Assembly: GCA_964394145.1 (NCBI GenBank) | Contig: CAYMVL010000043.1 | Span: forward strand, 53,285 to 117,284 | Length of the DNA: 64,000 bases | Source: an uncultured Dehalococcoidales bacterium | Lineage (GTDB): Bacteria > Chloroflexota > Dehalococcoidia > GIF9 > AB-539-J10 | Direction: 5' to 3' | Part shown: in pieces, positions 58,710-64,000 of the stretch | Layout of the letters: each line of letters starts with the position of its first letter | How positions within the stretch are numbered: the stretch's first letter is position 1 | The notes under the pieces: generated by a model | What the model saw: only the letters and a program-made list of their open reading frames with translations | Databases searched by the model: none | Told to the model about the DNA's origin: nothing | Translations under genes and position numbers: made by a program

Positions 58710-61292
58710 CTAAGATCGTGTGCCGGCATCTATCTCAGCGAGAAGCTCAGAGAAATTCGTCGCTGTTGACGATTGGAACAAGTCGTAGGGGACTTTCACA
58801 TACTGCCACGCAGTCCCCGCCATGGCTGAGGCATCCCGACACCACTGTGTGGCACGGGCATCCTTGCGCTCCACTTCAATATCTTCGACGCCCTTAGTCT
58901 CGAGCAACCAGTTTTCACCTGTCACAGTGCGGACAATGAAGTCGGGATAGTAATACTTGATCGCTCCTTCGGAATTCTGGTAGTCCAGGGTGAAATAGGT
59001 ATGGAGGTTGTTCTTGACATAAGCAGCAACATCGGACGCCCTGTCCAAAAAGCATGCAAAATCAACCTCAAAGTCATTATCACAGGCAACGAGGTTGAAC
59101 ACGGTCTTCTGCCCGGGATGTACCGGGCGGCTCCACTCATATCCCGGTGTGCTACTGAAGCGCCTGGCCTCGCCAGTTGGCCTGACTTCCTGAGGCTCGA
59201 TACTGCGCTCTCTAATTGCTTCAACGAACGCTGCAAAGATGGCTGCCTTCGCGTCAGGTTTGTTGAGGCGAACGAGGACGTAATCCTCCTCCATATTCAC
59301 CTGCGTGCCAAAAAGGACTGTTTCAATGTAGCCCTTGACAAGGCCAGCCAGACGATGAAACTGACCCGTGAGATGACATTCTCTCTCAATGAGGTTGCAC
59401 ATGACAGAGACATAACCGACCGGGTCAGCAGGAAAGTCGCGCTCAATCTCCTGCTGCTCTACTACCCGAAGGGTGAGCATTTCTACTCCCTTATAGCCAA
59501 ACTTATCTTCTCGCATCAGAAAAGGTTGTGGCGGTGAGACCTGCCCAGGCCTGATGTCATTCAGTCCAAAGGCCTCTAGCCCGCTGGTTGATGTGGTCAG
59601 TGCAGGGCTCAAGATGGGCACTTCGATATCGTATTCCAGCTTGGAGTTGTCTACATAAATAGGTTTGAACTTCGGGCCAACACTATCTACAGGGACCCAC
59701 TCAACCTCCAAGCCTTCCTCCTCCAGCTCATTTCTCCAGAATGGTTTGAACGCCTCGTGCTCAATGACAATAACCTGCTCATCAACGCCAGAGGCAGGCA
59801 GACTCATGCGTCTGAGGCCACGCCCTAGCGTCTGTTCAGGCAGAATTTGGGCTTTGGCAGTGTAAGGTCGCAAGGGAACGATAACCACCACGTTACGAAC
59901 GTCCCAACCTTCCCTGAGCATCAATACGCTCACGATGGCACGGTAGGGATTGTCGTCGCCGTCAACCTGGCGGGCAGCTTGACGGAGCTGATCAATTAAC
60001 GGCTGATTGCTCTTAGCTTCGGTGACTTCTCCCGTCCGGTTAGTGTGGATGTTCAGCACATGCCCAGCAAAGTCCTCTTGGGTTTCCAGCCAGTTATAGA
60101 TATCATCGGCAGCCGTCGTGTTTTCGGTCATGATGAAAAGCACGGGTTTTTTGCCTGTCGGCTGGAAGCGCTGGCTGAACTCTCTCCATTTTCGCATACC
60201 AGCTGTCAGTCGGTCCCGATACTTAACCGAAGCCCTCTTACTCTCTTGCTCAATGATTCCAGAAAGCTCACCCATAATGGGACGTTTAACGATGCCATCA
60301 TCCACCGCTTGAGCTATAGGATAATCCACAATAATTTCCCGGAACAGAGCCCCGCTCTGGTATTTGGGCGTCGCTGTAAAGTCCAGCTGGCAGGCTATCC
60401 CCGGCAATCCACGCGCTTGAAGCTTATCATGAAGACCAACAATAACCTTATGCCATTCTAAATCCTCATTATGAAGATGGTGCCCTTCGTCATCTATCAC
60501 CATCAATTCGTCATGCCGGAGCACCAGATCACGAAGTGCTTCCCCTGTAACGGGAGCGTCCTTCTTCACCGGTGTCCCCAATACACCGGTCATTGCCGGT
60601 GCCTCATTTCGACTTGCGCGGTCCACCGGCGCATCATAAAGCCGCTGAATGTTTGTAAGATAAAGAGCGCCCAGGGTTGAAGGAACTGACGGGCTATCTC
60701 GCAGCACCACGCTCATCTGCCAATGGCTCCGCCATTCCGGAGGGATGAGCGGGTCTTCATCAAAGATACGCCCATCTGCAAAATCCACTTTCAGACGCTC
60801 GTAGACGATGACGTTGGGAGCGATGACCAAGAAGGTCCGAGGAAGGGTTGAGTTGGGTTCAAAGATGGCGTTGAAATAAGACCAGACCACAGCCAGACTC
60901 ATCACCTTCGTCTTGCCAGAGCCGGTAGCCATCTTAAAGACATAGCGAGCGAAGCGGTCTTCGTCGGGACGGATAAGGAAGGGACGCTCCAGCGGGAAAT
61001 TCCTGGCAAGTTCGTAGAGGGAGCGAAGCTGACGTACTTCGTAAAGATAGATGAGAGTCTCTATGGCTTCCCGCTGACAGAAGTAGTAGCCGAATTCTTG
61101 CGGCTTGTCTTTGCGTCTGGTCTTATGGTCTTGCTGAAACCAGTATTGGAAAAGGCGTCTGGTGGTGTCGGTGGCTCCGGGATAACCCTGGGCACGCCAC
61201 TGGTCAACCGCCAAGCGTATTCCTGAAACCAGCGCAGCCCGAGTGGGACGGCGCTGGCGTGGGACAACGTAGGGCGGTAACAGGCGATTCAC
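58710..61292 (-). CDS. res: Type III restriction enzyme Res subunit
   Basis: MATGSGKT, DEGHH, TATP, LREGWDV, QTLGRGLR, YYPDF...LETKG nuclease motif. Confidence 0.9.
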   Translation of the reverse strand: MNRLLPPYVVPRQRRPTRAALVSGIRLAVDQWRAQGYPGATDTTRRLFQYWFQQDHKTRRKDKPQEFGYYFCQREAIETLIYLYEVRQLRSLYELARNFPLERPFLIRPDEDRFARYVFKMATGSGKTKVMSLAVVWSYFNAIFEPNSTLPRTFLVIAPNVIVYERLKVDFADGRIFDEDPLIPPEWRSHWQMSVVLRDSPSVPSTLGALYLTNIQRLYDAPVDRASRNEAPAMTGVLGTPVKKDAPVTGEALRDLVLRHDELMVIDDEGHHLHNEDLEWHKVIVGLHDKLQARGLPGIACQLDFTATPKYQSGALFREIIVDYPIAQAVDDGIVKRPIMGELSGIIEQESKRASVKYRDRLTAGMRKWREFSQRFQPTGKKPVLFIMTENTTAADDIYNWLETQEDFAGHVLNIHTNRTGEVTEAKSNQPLIDQLRQAARQVDGDDNPYRAIVSVLMLREGWDVRNVVVIVPLRPYTAKAQILPEQTLGRGLRRMSLPASGVDEQVIVIEHEAFKPFWRNELEEEGLEVEWVPVDSVGPKFKPIYVDNSKLEYDIEVPILSPALTTSTSGLEAFGLNDIRPGQVSPPQPFLMREDKFGYKGVEMLTLRVVEQQEIERDFPADPVGYVSVMCNLIERECHLTGQFHRLAGLVKGYIETVLFGTQVNMEEDYVLVRLNKPDAKAAIFAAFVEAIRERSIEPQEVRPTGEARRFSSTPGYEWSRPVHPGQKTVFNLVACDNDFEVDFACFLDRASDVAAYVKNNLHTYFTLDYQNSEGAIKYYYPDFIVRTVTGENWLLETKGVEDIEVERKDARATQWCRDASAMAGTAWQYVKVPYDLFQSSTATNFSELLAEIDAGTRS

Positions 61293-63331
61293 GGCACAGC
61301 CACCTCTAACAGTTGCGTAGTGTCATTGCCGAAGATATCTATCACCTTGACCAAGACGTGGTATTTGCCCGACTTTGGGTAAGTATGCGGGTCGCTTATT
61401 ACACGCAGAATCGGGCTTTTGCGGGTGCGATAGCTCTGCCATTCATTGTGAAAGGTATCTCCTGCGTAGCTCCAATCCACCGCCCAGAAGTCAATGTAGT
61501 CCGACCATTTCTTAACCTTGCTACGCACATCATCAGGCACCAGGTCAAGATTGGGGATGATGAAGTCATCAAGACGCACGGTCACAGTCTTAGAATCTTG
61601 CAGCAAAGAGGTCTTGAGGTAAGCCAGCTCGTAGAAATGGACATCGCCCGCCTCAACAGCCTGTTTATCCATGACCTCCCGGGGGATGTAGAGGAGACGG
61701 ATGTCAACAGCCAAGCGCCGCGCCTCAGCGCGGATAGTATCGTGCAGCCCCATCTCCCATTCCCAGCCCAACACATCGAGGGCAGTGTAACGATTCGTTT
61801 GGCACTCTCTGACCACGTCCATGACCTCAGACCGGGTCACAGGGGCATCTGTCGCGCCCACATGGACCCAGCGCCCGGCCTTCTGACCGTGGAGATGAGC
61901 ATAGCCCTCAACCACCTCAGCATGGTAGAGGGCGATGATAAAACGCAGATAGTCAGCAACGGCTTTTGAGCCCTTATCCTGACGCCCATTGAGCACATTG
62001 ACCTGCCAATGCCGGCGCTCATACTTGCCCAGGTTCAACACCTCAAATGGACGGCAGTCGCGGATGTCCAGGAGCCGCTTTCGGGAGACCTGGATAGCAA
62101 AGCGGGAAAGATCGCAGCCAACCCACCGCCGCCCCAGCTTCTCCGCCACAGCCATCGTCGTCCCCGAGCCGCAGAAGAAATCGGCGACTAACGATGTCTC
62201 AGTAGAGGCGAGAGCAATTACCTGTTCGAGGAGCTTCTCGTTCTTTTCTGTGGGGTAGCCCTGACTGGCGCTGTAGGTGGGAATTCCGCTCCAAACCGTG
62301 TCCGCTATCCTAATCTCCGCAGGAGCACGCCAATACTGTGGCTTTCCATCCTTGGGGTCGGCCCTGATAAACTCAAGCTTAGCTCCCGTGTCGCGCCAAT
62401 ACTGCGCCAGAGACCTTCCGCCAGCCTCACAAACGAAGCGCTGGTAGTTTGCCACTGCCTGTAAAGCACGCTCCCGCGACCAAACCCATTGGCCAGACAC
62501 CGGAGTTGTTCCTAGCAATTCATAGCGCATTGTTGGACGATCCGCAGTACTCCACGCGTGGTGCCAGTGCCCCTCTGGGTTGCCAGGGTCGTGTTTGATT
62601 ACCCAATGTGGGCGAAAGCGGGCATTCGGGTATTTTGAACTCCACAGCAATAGATCGTGCCGGATTTGAAGCCGGGATATCTCATGAAATTGCTGCTGCA
62701 GGTTCTTGACCGCTCTGCCCGGCAGAACTATCTCGTTACGGAAGTTGTCGACACCAAAGACCACTTCCATCAACGACCGCACAACGTGACTGACCTCGGC
62801 ACCGATATGAACCATAATGCTGCCATCATCTGACAGTAGTTCTCGCATCAAGACCAACCTGTCGTACATCATCTGGAGGAAAGATTCAAGGCCACGCCCC
62901 CAAGTATCCCTGTAGGCCGTCTCTTCAACTATAGAGGCTTCCTTGACCCACTCCTCATCGCCCACGCGGGCCCGGTAGGAGAAGTTCTGCCCGGTGGCGA
63001 AGGGCGGGTCAATGTAGATGAGGTCGATCTTGCCAGCAAGCGGCTCAAGCCCGATGGAGGAGTCGCCCTGCAGAAGCGAAGCCATGACATACTTATTATC
63101 CCCCCAGATAAGCTTGTTTTTCCAAGAAGTATCAGGAGCTTGGCCTTCGAAGAGCGGCGGGGGTGGCAGGCCAGCCAGCAAAGGCGTCCGCTCACGGGTG
63201 GCACGTGACTGGTTGATGGTCTCAACGACCTGGAAGGGTAGAGCGACACGCTCCACCTGGGTACGCTTGCCCGGCCAGACTAGCTCCGTTCGGGTCGGAG
63301 TCGATTTTTCCCATTCACCGCCTTCAGCCAT
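61289..63331 (-). CDS. mod: Type III R-M Mod subunit (beta-class adenine MTase) with C-terminal extension
   Basis: IYIDPPF, YPTEK, DFFCGSGTT; overlaps the res start. Confidence 0.92.
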   Translation of the reverse strand: MAEGGEWEKSTPTRTELVWPGKRTQVERVALPFQVVETINQSRATRERTPLLAGLPPPPLFEGQAPDTSWKNKLIWGDNKYVMASLLQGDSSIGLEPLAGKIDLIYIDPPFATGQNFSYRARVGDEEWVKEASIVEETAYRDTWGRGLESFLQMMYDRLVLMRELLSDDGSIMVHIGAEVSHVVRSLMEVVFGVDNFRNEIVLPGRAVKNLQQQFHEISRLQIRHDLLLWSSKYPNARFRPHWVIKHDPGNPEGHWHHAWSTADRPTMRYELLGTTPVSGQWVWSRERALQAVANYQRFVCEAGGRSLAQYWRDTGAKLEFIRADPKDGKPQYWRAPAEIRIADTVWSGIPTYSASQGYPTEKNEKLLEQVIALASTETSLVADFFCGSGTTMAVAEKLGRRWVGCDLSRFAIQVSRKRLLDIRDCRPFEVLNLGKYERRHWQVNVLNGRQDKGSKAVADYLRFIIALYHAEVVEGYAHLHGQKAGRWVHVGATDAPVTRSEVMDVVRECQTNRYTALDVLGWEWEMGLHDTIRAEARRLAVDIRLLYIPREVMDKQAVEAGDVHFYELAYLKTSLLQDSKTVTVRLDDFIIPNLDLVPDDVRSKVKKWSDYIDFWAVDWSYAGDTFHNEWQSYRTRKSPILRVISDPHTYPKSGKYHVLVKVIDIFGNDTTQLLEVAVP

Positions 63332-63353
63332 GTGCCCCTTCTGTATTCAATAT

Positions 63354-63728
63354 CTATTTTGCCCACTGACCCAGGGATTCAAAACCCCAGGGCAGTTCTG
63401 CACCACAATTCTCACAAACCCAAATCCCCTGTTCGTTCAGCTTAGCGTGAGCAAACTTTCTGCAATTCTGGCAATAGTATTTCTTGTCTGAAACCCCGGA
63501 CTTGAGAATGGACTCTTCCCTTTGCTTCTGTATCTTCCGCCTAGAAACGTCCTCCACCCAAGAGCGTAATTGATCCCAGTCCTTGAGCCAAAACCCACGT
63601 TGACCGTAATATGGAAGTTTTTCTCGGATAACCTCCAATGAAGCAGGGGGAAATGCTCTCCAGGAAAATCCGTCCTTCTCAGGCAAAACATGAAGTCTAA
63701 TTGCCTCGCTATCGCTGACCTTTTTCAT
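63354..63728 (-). CDS. Hypothetical protein with C-terminal zinc ribbon
   Basis: CQNC...CENC; RBS GGGAGGG; 22 nt upstream of mod. Confidence 0.65.
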   Translation of the reverse strand: MKKVSDSEAIRLHVLPEKDGFSWRAFPPASLEVIREKLPYYGQRGFWLKDWDQLRSWVEDVSRRKIQKQREESILKSGVSDKKYYCQNCRKFAHAKLNEQGIWVCENCGAELPWGFESLGQWAK

Positions 63729-64000
63729 AATTTCCCTCCCTTTGCCTTCTCGTTTCTTCCGAAATCGGCTGGCAAGGTAGTGACCTAATGACCGGTTGAC
63801 TTTCGAGTGTGGACCAGACGGGATAGATTCGCCATTAGATGCCCTGACTGCCTTCGCATATTCTCTTACAGTATAACAACATATTAATCACAGCACTGTG
63901 TGGCTGTCAATGGGTGTTTGTGGTCAGAAGGGGTTTTAGGGAGAGCTTAGCTGTTTGGTTCGCCGAGTAGCCAATTGACGGAGACTCTGAGAGCTTTGGC

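Larger units (their letters stand above)
57208..64000. mobile_element. Genomic island integrated at tRNA-fMet (extends beyond the window)
   Basis: Bounded by the tRNA 3' fragment; cargo is a TA pair and type III R-M; integrase not in window. Confidence 0.7.

Noticed and set aside
1-64000. CRISPR array, rRNA, tmRNA, RNase P or SRP RNA
   Set aside because: No regularly spaced repeats or recognisable conserved RNA motifs were seen by eye; a cmscan would be needed to exclude divergent ncRNAs.

Overview
A gene-dense bacterial window that reads like Dehalococcoidia (Chloroflexota). This assignment is inferred from the fused MpgS-MpgP (mgsD), the short core methionine synthase and the general gene set; it was not tested by search. 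Bases 1-47 kb are mostly housekeeping and cofactor genes: a biotin-dependent carboxyltransferase pair, folP-folK-PTPS, rarA, tilS, mtnP, thiE, gmk, aroA, tyrA, birA, htpX, mtaB, recJ, lgt, ftsY and a DUF1998 helicase. Five regions stand out. (1) A mannosylglycerate locus containing an asparagine-synthetase-like amide ligase, a candidate mannosylglyceramide or other amidated-osmolyte pathway, faces a GH38 mannosidase. (2) An 11-12 gene complex-I/Mrp-like operon carries the Ni-less CxxD/CxxD and 3-Cys signatures of MBS/MBX sulfane reductases. (3) A stand-alone NYN RNase is faced by a promoter-driven three-hairpin candidate sRNA. (4) A BirA operator precedes birA and an SSS transporter. (5) A tRNA hotspot (Gly, Lys, IS3 remnant) is followed by the att end of an island inserted in tRNA-fMet, carrying a Panacea TA pair and a type III R-M system; the island runs off the right edge. 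No CRISPR array or rRNA was seen. All calls come from motif recognition by eye.
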